A DNA stretch of 64,000 nt from Lytechinus pictus (taxonomy: Eukaryota). This document shows, in pieces, positions 14,882-28,839 of this stretch. The stretch spans positions 8,248,001 through 8,312,000 of the forward strand of contig NC_087252.1 in assembly GCF_037042905.1 (NCBI RefSeq), read 5' to 3'. The position numbers and the translations under genes are program-made. A model generated the notes under the pieces. The model was not told where the DNA came from. It did not search any database and saw only the letters and a program-made list of their open reading frames with translations. Position 1 is the first letter of the stretch; the number at the start of each line of letters is the position of its first letter.

Positions 14882-16588
14882 GGCCGTAACAGACCCATCA
14901 CCGCCCCGAAACTTCCCGGGAGATAGCTGGTCAGCCACTGGTCAGACTCGAGTCAAGGGGAAGCATCTCCACTCGAGCATTCCCTCACTGCACAGCGGAG
15001 ATCGATAATCGATGCATAGTGGAATCGCATGAAATATTACATTTTTCCATATTCTGTGGGTAGATTTACAAAAGCATTTCGTCCTTTCAGTGTAGATTTA
15101 ATTTCATCGACTTGCAAATCCTTAAATCGGTCAATATTCAGCATTTTAGAGGCATATTCAATGCTCTTTTATATTTCGTCGTCACTCTTCGCCAAGAATC
15201 CACGGATCGCCATTCAAGATGAGCTAATGAATATTCAATATGACGTCATAGCAGCCCGCGCTCTCATTTGATGATTTTCACCAACCAGTTTTTGGTCGGA
15301 ATATTGGTAAAAACAATAAAAACAAAAGAAAGTCGGTGAAATTCGGCTCAGATGTCAAAAGGCCCTGTCTCGCGGCGCTCTGCTTCGCTATATCCCTTGC
15401 TTCGACATGTTCGACCGCAAAGCAGCCGACAGGGCCTCGACAAGAGGCTACTCCCAAGTATCCTTTTCATAAGACTTGGCGAGATGATGTATCTCGCCAT
15501 CTCAACAAGACGGTTGCTTTTTTCCGTGACATTAGAATAAAATGAATATTTGCATCAAAGTACTTAACATTTTTTTTATCGAAGGTTCTGACAAGGTTTC
15601 AGGACATTCTACATGAAAATGGAATGTTTCCTAAATATTGTTGCTACTATTTGGTTTTTAACGGCGCCCTCATCCAATATAATGTAAGAATGGTAATTAA
15701 CAAGCGTTTTCTAAAATTTTATGAACATTTTTTTTTATTTATACAGTTTTTTAGGTATCTGTATGTCCGCAGAACGTTCGTGGAACGTAATTAAAGTTTT
15801 TCGAAAGTTTTGTTAAAGTCTGTAACATTCTAAAGGCTTTTTAGCAGTTCCTTAAAACACTGAGTTGAAAGCTTTTAATCGTTTTTCCGTATAAAATATT
15901 TTTTTAATGTATTCAGATATAAAAAACAACTTTTTCTTTAAATTACAGGTATTTAAAATAAGTACAGGAGGACTGTATTATGGATAAATCAGCTTTGGGA
16001 TTTAGTTTGAATCCTTAAGATTTAATTTGAAAATTCAAATAATTTCAGATTTATGAATAGATTTCTACAATTAAAACTAAATCCCATATTCAGTTGGTCC
16101 ATAACTACTCTCAACCTGAATTCATTTTAAATATCTGCAGTTTAGAGTGTATTTGAAAAGTTTTAAATACGTCAAAACCTTCCACAAAAAGACATACTGA
16201 AAACGTTTGGACAAAAATATGCCAATGACAAACTTTGATGATATATCATGTTTATGCTCAAAGAACGTCCAATCGCTAGCTGGGGAATTCGTGTTAATCG
16301 ATTTCTTAGCAAAGTCATCATGGACATCCGGGTCATGGCTACACAGTTGAGGATTGTGTCCTCACATCGGGTTGTCGCGTCGGGTATTCGCGAAAAATGA
16401 CCGCCTAACTTCCCCAAAGGTCGGGTCCAGTTTGCCGGGCCATTCGAGAAAAGGGTACCCTTACTTCTCGAAAAGTCGCGCCAAATTTACCAGATGTTTG
16501 CGAAAGTTATAGCAAAATTTTGGGAATTAAGGTGGACCTTTTCTCGTATGGTCGGGTATACACGTTGATACACTGGATGACTACTCAC

Positions 16589-16753
16589 CTATCCGACTTT
16601 TCTGTTTTGAGATGACTCGCTCAAGTTCTTTTTTATTTAACTCATACTCCTTCAGTATCGATTCCAATGACTGCTTTTCTTCTTGTTCAAATTTAGCCCT
16701 TTCTTCTTCATGTTCGTTCTCCACATTTTCACCCTGCAGACTCTTAAGATTAT
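16589..16753 (-). CDS. Exon of Ig-TM gene: cytoplasmic coiled coil (NLKSLQGENVENEHEEERAKFEQ...KQKSRI)
   Basis: 165-bp open exon, pyrimidine tract + tag acceptor, gtgagt donor, phase 1-1. Confidence 0.78.
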
Positions 16754-17153
16754 CTAGAGAATTAAGAAGAAAATTAAAGTTAATCCTAATGGGATGAGCG
16801 TGGTGAGAAACAATCAATCTGTTAACCTTGACATAATTGATTAAGATTCGAGGGTCTTATGACTTAGTCACCACCTCCGGCGTCTAACAGCCTCCGTACG
16901 TAGATAAGAAAAAAAAAAGATCCAAAATCTACTCCCGACGAGTTCATGAGGAGTTAACGAAGAGTTTGTGCATATAGCTCTATGGTTCACTACCTGGTTG
17001 CTAAATGTTGTCGTGACCAAAATTTTGAACATTTCAAAATTCTCGTCCCGACATGGCACACAGTCACGACGGGTATACGCGCACTTCACGCCAGTTTAAG
17101 ACTAGTTTGCGCATTGACACGCGTGCCACAGAATCGTGCAAGTGTAATCCTAG

Positions 17154-17663
17154 CCCGGGGGGGGGGGGCACTCGACCAAAAACGTGGTAGGGGTGTGCCG
17201 CGGGCGAGACAAAAAAACGGGGGCCTTGGAGCGGGCTCATTGTAAAAAGGAGGGTCCTCGGAACGGGCTTCGGAACTACAAATGTTTGTGAAAACGGGGG
17301 TCCTTGGAACGGGTCTTCTGCGTGCGAATGCATCCTTATGGAACGTACTTGCAGCTAGCCCAGCGGCACGACTGACGGGCACGCTAGCGCAGAGGCGATG
17401 GTCGGACAGCGAGCTGCGGCCGCTTTTCACCAAAATTGCGACCGGAACAGCGAAACGGAAAAATATGCGAAGCCCTGGAGCGGATTTTCTTCTTCTTTTT
17501 TCTCGAGAAGAAGAAAACGCTATGCTCTGGAGCGGCTTTCTTTGTTCTTTTTCTCAATAAGACAAAAATGCTATGCCTCGGAACGGAAATTTGAGTGTAA
17601 AAAAGGGGGTCCCCTCCGCGGCACATACCCACTATGCATTATATACTGAGTGCCCCCCCCGGG
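17154..17663 (+). mobile_element. GC-rich MITE with CCCGGG(G)n-CACTC termini, copy 1
   Basis: TIRs present; TSD atcctag(c). Highly similar inverted copy at 40817-41350. Confidence 0.9.
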
Positions 17664-17787
17664 ATCCTAGCTTTACACTTACGAAATCAAACGCTCCTTC
17701 TCTTTCTCCCTCCCTCCCTCTCTCTCTCTCTCTCTCCCTATAATTGTTCATGTTGTTTAAAACGCATTTCCATGTAATCATTCTTAC

Positions 17788-17883
17788 CTTGTTCTCCATC
17801 TTGTTTATCTGGAAGACTCGATTCTGGATCAGTTTTTACCATGTCTAGAGTTAGCCGATTTCGCTTTGTGGCCTTAGCTCGAG
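17788..17883 (-). CDS. Exon of Ig-TM gene: juxtamembrane cytoplasmic (RAKATKRNRLTLDMVKTDPESSLPDKQDGEQ)
   Basis: 96-bp open exon, strong pyrimidine tract + cag acceptor, gtaag donor, phase 1-1. Confidence 0.75.
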
Positions 17884-17944
17884 CTGAATCGGGTCAAAGA
17901 AAAAAGAAAAAATGTAAAAAGACCCAAGTGGAATGTCTCTGGCG

Positions 17945-18532
17945 GTCTCACCTGCATCACACGATTCAATATAGCAGCAGTGCTAACTTTGAAAACTACT
18001 ATAACTCGCACAAGATGTCCAGTGATACATGATTACTCTTATGTCCAAGTTTCACGAATCAGATCCATAAACTTTCAAAGTTATGATGGTAATTCAACAA
18101 ATACCCCCAATATCGCCAAAGTTCATTGACCCTAAATGACCTTTGACCTTAGACGTGAAACTCATGCAGGATGTTTAGTGATACTTGATGAACCTTATGT
18201 CCAAGTTTCATGAACTAGGTCCATATATTTTCTAAGTTATGACATTTCAAAAGTTAACCTTAGGTTAAGGTTTTTATGTTGATTCTCCCAACATGGTCTA
18301 AGTTCATTGACCCTAAATGACCTTTGACCTTGATCATGTGACATGAAACTCAGGCAGGATGTTCAGTAATACTTGATTAACCTTATGGCTAAGTTTCATG
18401 AACTAGGTCTATATAATTTTTCAGTTATGCTGTCATTTCAAAAACGTAACCTTCGGTTAAAATTTGGTGTTGAAGCCGCCGCCGCCGTCGGAAAAGCGGC
18501 GCCTATAGTCTCCTCTGCTATGCAGGTGAGAA
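17945..18532. repeat. Interspersed repeat with internal ~180-bp duplication and tgacctttgacct motifs
   Basis: Inverted ends tctcacctgcat / atgcaggtgaga; internal direct repeats. Confidence 0.6.
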
Positions 18533-19772
18533 AAAAACGATGCCTGATTTTTAAAATTCATAGTGGAAAGATGCCTTGGATCTGCTAAACTGAAATGGAT
18601 TATGAATCATTATAGAGCAACCAAACAATACTGTCTAACAGATATAATTGGGGTGAAAAGCACGGTCCATCCAATTTATTCATAAGTTTTCAACGAGGAA
18701 AGGGAACCTATTGTAAAGTTTAAACATGCCATTATTCGGCCTTTATAATTAAAACTTAAAATTAGAGCCGTATGTCTGCAATTTTCTTTTCTATTTAAAA
18801 ATAGCAGTTTAAGTACTTTCTAAACACATTTTGTAATTGGATGTTAGAGAGCTATTTACAAAGGTTAAATCTGAAATTTTCCATCCTTGAGAAGGTGTTT
18901 CACATAAAAAAGTACAAAATACGCAGTTATTTTATTTTAATCGGGGATCCTATCGATTTGAATTTTGATGTAAAATTTGACGATTTTTTCAAATCCAATA
19001 AAACACCACCCCAACCCTTTTGGGACACACAGTGACGTATATTTTTTTCAGGCGGGAGGGGGGGGGGGGTTACCAAAACTAATGATAGGTTTTAAACTAT
19101 AGCTAAATACACTAAATGGGAAGGGGTTGGTGCAAGGATACTGAATCCCCTCCCCTTTTGGGGAAGAAGAGCGAAAACTTCATCATTTTTTTTTTAAAGA
19201 AAGAAGACTATTAAATTTTTTTAATCCATTGTAATCTGCTTTTTGAAACCAGCTTATCATGCTTGTCGTCAGGGTGAACTTTACCTTGAGCGTGCTTACC
19301 CCGCAATAAGGAGAGCCCTGATATCCTTCACAGCCCAGGCCCCCTCTAACCTGATCGATCTCAGCTATATGGAAATCCACCAATCATTGCCAATGTCATA
19401 ATTATTACTACAGTAAATTTGCACAGTGTCCTTTGTAAACATAAAGAAGTATACTAAATTTTTAAGAAAAACAATGAATGTATAAATATATCATATCTGG
19501 AAAATATTTAGAACATGCAGTTTAGATGTTGATTTTTCTGCCTTTCCATAGTTGTGGTTGATCGGATTGATCGCAACTCTTTGTAAGATGGGGCCCTAGA
19601 GTGCCTCCAGCAATTAGATAGCACCACAACCGCGAATCCCCTGCATGCCCTTTTGTGGAACTAGAGCGAAAACTTAGAATCTTCATCATTTTTGTTATAG
19701 GGCATATGAATTCGCTTTATCCACTGCAGTCTGGTTTTATTAAAACAAGCTTATCGTCAGGGAGAACTTTAC

Positions 19773-19892
19773 CTTGAGCATGCTTACCCCGTAAGAACAT
19801 CCAGAGAGATAGCACCACTGCGATCCCAATGACGACCACTAGTCCAACCACGACACCAAGCACACTTGTATCTGACCAGCCAGACACTAAAA
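19773..19892 (-). CDS. Exon of Ig-TM gene: transmembrane helix (VLGVVVGLVVVIGIAVVLSLWMFL-RGKHAQ)
   Basis: 120-bp exon, tttctttctctttcag acceptor, gtaaag donor, phase 1-1. Hydrophobic helix followed by basic residues. Confidence 0.85.
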
Positions 19893-20565
19893 CTGAAAGA
19901 GAAAGAAATAAGGGGTAATATACTTACAGTTAAACCTGGGTTAACAACTTAGACCATACTTTTATAGGGTTATTATTATTATAGTAATACTAATTAATAA
20001 TAATATTAATGATAATAATAACGTCATATTTTACCCAGGGATGCCACTTCAGTTCTGAAAATTGTTCTCCCAGCGGGCCCTGCTTATCATTATAATGTTA
20101 TTATTACCCCAGCTTTAGCACGGCTACCTTGATAGGGCGCTCGAGCATTCGAGGAATTTCATCCTACCGGGTATTCACCTCAGCTGGGTCGAGTGCAGCA
20201 CAGTTTTTATCTCATTCATCAATTAAAAATTATTCTTATCCTACTGCAAAAGGTAAAAAAAAAAAAATTACGTAAAAAAGAAACAATAGGAAATACATAG
20301 ATATTACGAATTTTAATGAATTCATTGATATTATTGCCACGGATATGGAAGAATTATTATGAACCTAAGCATTCCACAGAAATGGGTTTAAATATTTTAG
20401 CATAGACTAGGGTTAAACAGTTCTAAACCTAGCTTTAATTATCAGAATAGCGCCGTAAGTTAAAAATGGCAAATTATCAAAAAATATTTTGTTTTCATGC
20501 ATATTCGACATAGAGCTCATTTATGTGCACATTGATTTTAAATCGGTATCCTAGTCCTCTCTTAC

Positions 20566-20756
20566 GCTCTAAAAACAAGGAGCTAATTTAGCTCTTGAAG
20601 AGCGTGTATAGTGACTGCACTTAAGACTGCGGATTTGTCTAGTTCAAATTTGAACGAGAAAAATCATCACTCCGAAGTGCAGTCACTCTACACGCTCTTT
20701 AAGAGCTAAATTAGCTCTTAGTATTTTGTCGTAGCTCTTCGTTTTTTTAGAGAGTG
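20566..20756. mobile_element. Small fold-back MITE (gagctaatttagctc family)
   Basis: Long imperfect inverted arms; related interrupted copy at ~51300-52070. Confidence 0.7.
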
Positions 20757-22958
20757 TTGATTGTTCATCAATCAAACCTTTGAAATCAGAGAAATCTTTG
20801 ATTTATTTATTTAAAGACTTAACCTTGGAAAAGAATACGTATTGATACACGCAATCAGGATGAATCTTGCGATGTAATTAATCTACTTTCTACTCATAAT
20901 AATAACGAATTAAGGATACAAGTATATAATATGAGAAACTAATAAATACCTGTTCCCTCTTCGAACGTAACTTTCGTTGATGATGCATTTTGAACTGCGT
21001 CCCCTGTAGCTTGACATAAATAGTGATATTCAAACCCGGACTTAGGAACCTGTCATAAAACACAACAATATACATTAGTTTATTTCTTTCACGTAGTATG
21101 ATTTCACGATTTTGAGAGTATGTTTCGAATTAATTGCAGAGTTTTATAACAAAATACAATATCAAGTTTTTGTCAGGAAAGAAATTTAATTATCGAATGT
21201 TTCAGTTAAAGTTTAAACATGTGTTTAACATATTTACTTGGTCCAGGTTAGGCCAGGCTTATTTACAACCATGTACATATGTTTAGAATAGTTCAAAAGC
21301 AAGCGGTAGTGTACCAGGTTGATGTCATATTTTCATACAGGTGTCATAAATAGCCAATACAGTGCTCTAGCATTGATGGGGGTCGACGTACAGATACACA
21401 GGAAGTGTCTTTTATTAAGAATGTGTTGATGTATGCACTCATCTGCTATTGAGATTCTTTGAATTACTTTATAGAAATTTTACAGTTAGTCCTAGTAACG
21501 GTAGGGTATATTACAAGGTTTATTTCAGTAATTCAGGGAGAACCACCTAAGCTGGAATAGACCACAGATGTTAGTATAGGCAGTCGAAGTTAAAACTGAG
21601 GGACTACGTCGGTGACGAGAAACGACCCAAGCTGCCCCCGGTTCTCCACCGACATGATTCGTCAAAATTCTTGTTATCATTGGGGGCTCGATCTCGTCCA
21701 ATAATTCATTGAAGCCACATCTCCCTGATCTGGGGGCAACTCATCAAAAGGGCAACACTTTCTGCGGAGGCCGAGTGGAAGAGACATCGCAAGCTGTGGA
21801 GGCCAGGAACTGGATCGACCACCAGGGCCGAGGGGGGCATGTCAGGCCAGAAGAGATGATGGGGGCACGAATCAACTATTATTGTTTAAGTTAAATTATA
21901 TTTTGTTATCAATATTCATGTAGATTTTCATGTAGCTTATAATCATTGTAAAATAAATCAAAAGAAAGTAACAGCATGATTGAAAAGATTTGATTAAATC
22001 TTTTAATAACTGTATTTTTCAGTTTTACGTATTCCTTTTTTGGTGGTGTCGAGCAGCAGTAGGTAAATAATAAAAAAAAAGTCACTCACCACGTGACAGT
22101 TTTAGTATATCAAACCAAGTATCGTAAACGGGCAAAAATATTTTAGGGCCAGAACTACTCAATGCGAAAAATTACAAATTAGCAATCCGATCCCAAGCTA
22201 ATGTTTCTTCTTTTCCCTTTGTGATTAGCAATAAATTCTAGTAAGTGTAAAGTAAACCTAGAAATCGGTCATTTATTTAAAAACATCAATGAAAACCATG
22301 ACGCTTAATAAATAAAATGATCGCTCAGAAATACATTGTGTGAAAATAATAAAACTTCACATGTTCATGCAGTTTGTCAGCTAGGGCTCAAACTTGTACG
22401 AAAATTGGCCCTGGCAAGCTTAAACTTACTTTAGAAAAGGAAAGAAAACGCAGTGAATGTGATTTTTGTCCAATTTGAAATTTTTGATTTGTGAGGAATT
22501 ATTGAAATCATAAATTGCTCAGACAAAGAGTCGTTGCTATTTTATAAACATTAATAGTATAAATAACGAAACGGTAAGAAAAATCGTGATATCTCTGAGT
22601 GCAGAGGATTGAGGCATGAACCCGTAACATCTTTTTGTCACCCCGCCCCCAACTTTTCATAAAGTGTATCTGTTCAAGTTCATGAACACATTTATCTCGA
22701 TGAAACACATTTTATACGCCAATTTGGGTCCAGAAAATGGGACACAAAAGTGGAACTATTGATCAGTCGATGAGACATCAAGAAATTACATAGTTTGTCA
22801 CCGTTGGAATAAAGGTGAGGGGAAGATGAAAATTGTGTCAAAAATGTTAAAACCCGTGTTGTTATTTGCGTCTACTATACTTTGATTTCGTAGTTCAAAT
22901 GTCAATATATTACAGACACTTAATTAAAGCCGCATCGCTTCTATCCGGATGAGCTTAC

Positions 22959-23267
22959 TTCTATCTGTCAAACTTTTCACGGACATATTCTAGATCACCA
23001 ACAACTGTCATGATAAAAAGAGAATAACCTTAAGAATTGATACGACGTCGTACAGTCCATCCTTCTCAACAATTAGTGGTCCTAAAGCTTGTTCCATCAC
23101 TCTGTCGTCACTCCTCACCCATGCCAGGTTTACTGAAGGACGAACACTGCAAAGTTCACAAACGAACACGACTTCTTCAGGAGGATCCGTTGGAACATTG
23201 TATGTACATTCTCCCGGTACAATGGTGTTGCAAGAGCCAATTTTTGGTCCATCGGAATCTGCCAAAA
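22959..23267 (-). CDS. Exon of Ig-TM gene: second (C-type) Ig domain, 3' part disrupted
   Basis: Phase-1 acceptor at 23267; VVFVCEL.SVRPSVNLAW...DGLYDVVSILKV. In-frame TGA at 23008-23010 precedes the likely gtaagc donor. The 3' boundary is uncertain. Confidence 0.6.
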
Positions 23268-24293
23268 CTGTCAATAATCATGAAAATTACAAAAATGTAG
23301 CATTAGGTTATTTACGTATTTCATGGTATTATAAGACCGTATGAATATAAAGCATGATGAATTAATACAATTTCATTTATGTATTAATACAACATAGACA
23401 TTTTCATTGATTACACATGATTTATTGTAATTATTTTCATCTTAGAAGAGGAAATCAGAAATATCATCCAAAGAAACAAAACAAAACAAACTACTCAGAA
23501 GAATATGAAGAGTTTGGTTGCAAAAGGGATTAGGTCCACTTTGGAACCATTCCGAGAAAAATCATGTTTTTTATTCTCACTGACTTATTGAAATATTCTT
23601 ATTAGAAACTAAATTGTCATGATGTACTACCCTGCAAAAGTAAAATTGGGTATAAAAGAAATCTTTCTTCATTTTTGTTCCATATACATATTTGTTCAAA
23701 AATTATTATTGTGGACTAAGTAAAATGCATCCACTCTCTTTTAAATAAAAAAAAGTGATTTTTCTTTGCCACTTTTATTCACGTTTTATTGTGCATTTCA
23801 AATGTCCTGTGGTATCATCAGAGTTACTAAAACTCGATAGGTTTTGAGACATAAAACAATAAAATTTATGAAAAATGGACCTAACCCTTTTGACAAATGA
23901 GCTCTTCAGAAGAGTTTGGTTGCAAAAGGGGTTAGGTCTACTCCAAGAAAATATTTTTTTATCCTCCCATATTGCAATATTCTTATGCGAAACTAAAATT
24001 TCATAAATCCTACCATGTGAACATAAAATTGGGTATAAAAGAAATCTACCTGTCTTCACATTTTTTAAAATATTATTTTCCCAAACAATTCTTTGAGGAC
24101 CTAACCCCTTTCGCAACCAAACTGAAATGGACCTAACCCCTTTTGAAAAAAGTGATTTTTCTTTGCAACTTTTGTTCATTTTTTAATGAGAATTTTAACT
24201 TTTTTTTTGTATCATCTTATAGAGATACTAAAAATATATACATTGAGACGAAATTTCATGATTTGTTACCCTGAAACCTTCATTCAGATTTAC

Positions 24294-24617
24294 CTATGAC
24301 TCTCAGGTCCGTGTAGCCCCGTTTCGGTAACCCCGCCTGAGGAACAACGAAACACGAATAGGTGGTCTCGTCCGCAATGGAGACCTCACTTATCAGAAGT
24401 CTGTAGTCTTTCGTGATTCTGAACCTCTCTATCCCTGGCAAAGGATCCGATCTTCCCAGGAATTTCCGGGCAACAAGTTCGGCGTCATCATCAGGAGCTC
24501 CGGTGGAGTTGTGCTTGTACCAGTAGACGGCATCAGCAGGATCTGTGAAGCTGCAGATCAGTGACGCATTTCTGCCACGCACCACTTTCACGAATCTCTC
24601 AGTGTGAAGTTCGAATG
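24294..24617 (-). CDS. Exon of Ig-TM gene: V-set Ig domain
   Basis: 324-bp open exon, phase 1-1. GRNASLIC...VYWYK...RF...YRLLISEVSIADETTYSC matches the canonical V-set C/W/DxxxYxC pattern. Confidence 0.92.
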
Positions 24618-24827
24618 CTGTCAAAATATGAAAATAACGCAACTTTGATAAAAGGTTTTTTTTATTATTCACATAATTTTCTGTGGAAAACTATTTAAAA
24701 TGTGAATACTGGCGCAGTCACTTTGGTTGCAGGTTGTTACTTACAAGTTAATGATAATAAGTTTCTTTTGTATAGTGCAACTACCATGATTGCATATGCT
24801 CTATACTGCGCTTGATATACTTGGTAT

Positions 24828-25030
24828 CATATTATTACCCCGGCTGTAGCTGAGCCGCCTTATAGACGCAAACGCATTCCCGGAATAAATCCTACCGGGT
24901 ACCCATTCACCTCACCTGGGTCGAGTGCAGCACAATTTGGGTAAATTTCTTGCTGAAGGAAAACATACCGTGACTGGGATTCGAACCCACGTCCCTCTGA
25001 GAGAAAAAATGAAGTCGTAACCACTAAAGC
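24828..25030 (-). mobile_element. tRNA-derived SINE
   Basis: Box B GGTTCGAATCCC on the minus strand (~24975-24990) followed by a cctaccgggtacccattcacctcacctgggtcgagtgcagcaca core. Related fragments at ~20100-20205, ~25915-25975 and ~28595-28650. Confidence 0.75.
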
Positions 25031-28000
25031 AGGGTTATTGGAAATGTTCCTGGATTTTCAACCTCAAGATCAGGAAGGTGATACATAACAGACATGACAG
25101 AAGGAGCAAGCAAATTTATATTTTTTTCCATTAATATCTCACTTTATTTACAGCTTATTGAATGTAGTTGAACAATTATTGAAGTAACAAATTATTAACG
25201 ATTATTTGCTGTTATAAATCATCGTCGGGAACGTCAACGGGAAGGCAAAAGATATTCATTCTCTTTTTGAAATTTTGATATAGCTGATTGACCAAAATAT
25301 GAATACGATTGTCCATCTAACATTGATTCTCTGGAGGGTAACTACTGAATTCCTTTTCCCGAATTGGGAAGAAATATTACCAACTTTGGAACTATATTAT
25401 TTTGACTGGCGGAAGGATTAAGCGATTTTACTGTTTCAGGTGATGAATTTGATCCTTCAGAACATGTCTTCATAAATGCCGATTTATTTTTAAAATGAGC
25501 CGGTCGTGGGACCCTTTTCTGGTCAGATATGGATTGTCAGATATATATCCTATCCACTGGTAGTAAACATTCGACCCACGAATTTCATCCTTATTTTTGT
25601 GATTGTTCAAACACGAGTTTATGGAAAATGTTCTAAGCCCGTGAAACCCGACATCCGCAACCCTGCCATGTTTTTTCGGTATCATCGGCGCCATCACGTG
25701 GTATATTATGACATTGCAAATGGGCCTAGAGAGTTGGATATTATATTATTATATCATGATTCATAAGAATTGAAATGACAATGCAAAACAAGGGATTAAA
25801 AAATAATGCGATATTGTTAAAATAACTATGAAAATGGTTTGGTAACATTAAAACCATTAATTTGGAAATAGTAAAAAACTGTATTTGAATTGGTGAGGAA
25901 ACTGCCACGTCAGGCCATCACTCATCCCAGGTGAGGTAAATGGTTACCCGGAAAAATTAATTCCTTGAATGCACGAGATATCGCCGAGGTATAAAAGTGC
26001 GCCTCGTAATGGATTATTTCCAGATAGATGATGCTGTACAAATAATGATAATGATAATAATTATTATTATTATCATCACTGCAACCAGAATCAGACGCAT
26101 GTTTTTTTTATCATCGACCCTTTTGAATTCCCCGACATATTCTGTTTCTACCTTTATACATGTAATTTGTTGAATCATATATTTAAAAAGGTTCAACGGT
26201 CATTGCCGCCTAGTTATAGAAAAAAAAACCAATTGAATCAAAAGAGTACAGACAGACAAGCATAACATTGACAAATTTATCAAAATCGGATGAAAAATAA
26301 AAAAGTTATGATTTTGTAAAATTTAGCTTATTTTTAACAAAACAAGTATATGCAAAACTCAATGTTACGAAAATCATCGGTACATTACCATTATCATATT
26401 CATACATAAATCGACTTAGAAATTAATTAAAAACATATTTTCAAAGACTAAATGATCAGCATACGAGCAAAGACTAGTCCTGTATCTGACTAATAAAAAA
26501 AAAATATATTAACGAACTCATGGAGCTCAATTCTCTCTGGACTGATTTTCAAACAAATGCCATTGAAATGATGTTTGTCACAATGCACGGTGATCTTTTG
26601 GGGAATTCCAATGACGACATGACCATGTGTGAACGTAGTTATTTTCCCCGGGCAAACAATATTTTTCTCCCAGACTACTGCTATATTTTTTATTGGGTTT
26701 TCATGATTTTGTGTAACAAATCACATACAAACAGTACAAGTAATTTGAAAATAAAATAAATAAAAAAGCAGCATACACATTATCAGTTTACATTAGAAAA
26801 ATTACAGCTTATCAATAGATAATAAGTGATAAAAATGTAGTAAAAGCAGTCACTTTGTCTCTTCTACGTATTCCTCATCTCCTATTGTATAGTAAAGGCA
26901 AGGATGTAAATAACAGAGGGATAAAAATCAGGTGGGTGATTTGCCTGTTATTAGAGATTAACAACATTCCACCTTCAGAAGGCATATTAAGCTTTCCCTT
27001 TTTTTAAATTTCTAGTTCCAGATAAAGGAAAATTGTAAGTTTCATCGGCTTCGAATCTATATAGACCATGAGCAATTTCATGTTTACAAGGGTACTATAG
27101 GCAAATATATGATTTGAAGAGAAAAGGCAAAATCAATTAAACAATAAAACTGAATTTCATCAGAATCGTACACAATCGTAGACCTGATAACAATATGCTG
27201 ACATTTTAAAACTTTGCATTATTTCGATGAACCAGTTCTGTACATGTCTTCATGAATATGCAATGAGCAAGCTGATGATGTCATATCAACACCTTTTCGT
27301 TTGTATCTTATTATATGAAATTATATTTATATTATAGTTATATGATTTCTAATTTCACTTTTGTTTGTATATTTCGTATGTTCTACATTGTAAAGCGCTT
27401 TGATATGATTTCATGAAAAGCACTATATAAGACTAAGTTATTATTATTATCATTATCATTATTATTATTATTTAGCAATTTTTCCCACCAAGAATTAAAA
27501 CAATGACAACTCTATTAATCCGTTAGTCGTTAGATATTCATTGCTCGAACTTATTTCAGTCATAAGGGAGAAATATCATACACACATGTATGTATGTAAT
27601 GTGGATATGAGAAACATACATGTATAATAAAACGAATTCATGTAATAGCATGCTGTTGAAAAGAGATTGACCTTCGGAAAATCCCTTATGAAATGCACCC
27701 TTGTTTATCGCTTGAAGATAACATTCTTTTAAACTGTCATATGGTTGGTATTATTGATCAAATGCTTCCAGTACAACTATATTATTGATTTGTTACATAT
27801 TACATTTGTAGATCTCAAAAAGAGTAAAGTTTTATTTCCGAAAGGAGCTATAATACGGGGCATGTCAACCATTAGGAACAACAATATCCTTTCGCAATAT
27901 GTAGATAGACAAGCTGGATAAAAAAAGGGGAATTATAAGAAAGAAAATGGCTCCTATTTAATGGAGCTGTAAAGCAATACCGTGATAATTACTTGATGCA

Positions 28001-28261
28001 AAATTATTAAGAAACTGCATTAAAGTAATATCAAGTCATATTAAGATAAAAAAAATATCTTACTTACACCCCTTTTACTAAATTATATAATAGGATATAC
28101 CGACTTAACCAAAATAATTAAATCTAATCAATGAGTAAATATGTAAGTAATTAACTATTAAGATGTATGCACAATTTAGGAGGGGTGGGATTTTAAGATT
28201 TTCGAGGTTAAAACAAAGTTCTTTTTCAAATAAAAAGGATTCATCATTAGATGATAAAGGT

Positions 28262-28490
28262 ACACTCTAAATTCCAAGGATTTAAAATCAATCCAGATCG
28301 GCTGTGAATAGTGACCAGCCGAATATTAATTTTAGATTTAAACCTTGTTGATTTAAATATAAATCTAAAAGATTTGAATTTAAATTTTTTGAGACTGAAA
28401 AGTTATTTTTTTAAATTAAAACAAAATCAAAATTAGGCTGCTCACTATTCACAGCCGATCGGGATTTATTTTAAATCCTTGGAATCATAA
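28262..28490. mobile_element. Fold-back MITE
   Basis: Inverted arms: attccaaggatttaaaat..gatcggctgtgaatagtga / tcactattcacagccgatc..attttaaatccttggaat. Confidence 0.75.
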
Positions 28491-28839
28491 GTATAAATGA
28501 TAAGTTATTCATGTTTCTCCAACAATACCACAAGGGTAACGCAGCAACTGCTGTTTGAAGCCTACCTATGAACCAAAAAAATCATAGTCAAACCATGGGA
28601 TTCGAACCCACAACTTCTGGATTGCTAGACCAATGTCATAACCACTAAACCACATGAGTGCCCTTAGTGATATCTCTGATTATCGAAATCGAAAAAAACT
28701 CAGTTTATCGACATCAAAACACTCGGTTTATCGAAATCGATGAACTAAGTTTTCCGAAATCGAAAAACTTATTTTTTCGCCGATAAACTCAGCTTTTATG
28801 GAAGCTTAAAAGTGCCACCCAGATGTTCGGATAATTATC

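Noticed and set aside
22085..22160. Possible small extra exon ending in a gtgagt donor
   Set aside because: The acceptor is weak, the phase is incompatible with neighbouring exons, and it has no Ig-like residues.
24960..25030. tRNA gene
   Set aside because: Only a box-B motif attached to a SINE core; no convincing cloverleaf. The same applies at ~28600.
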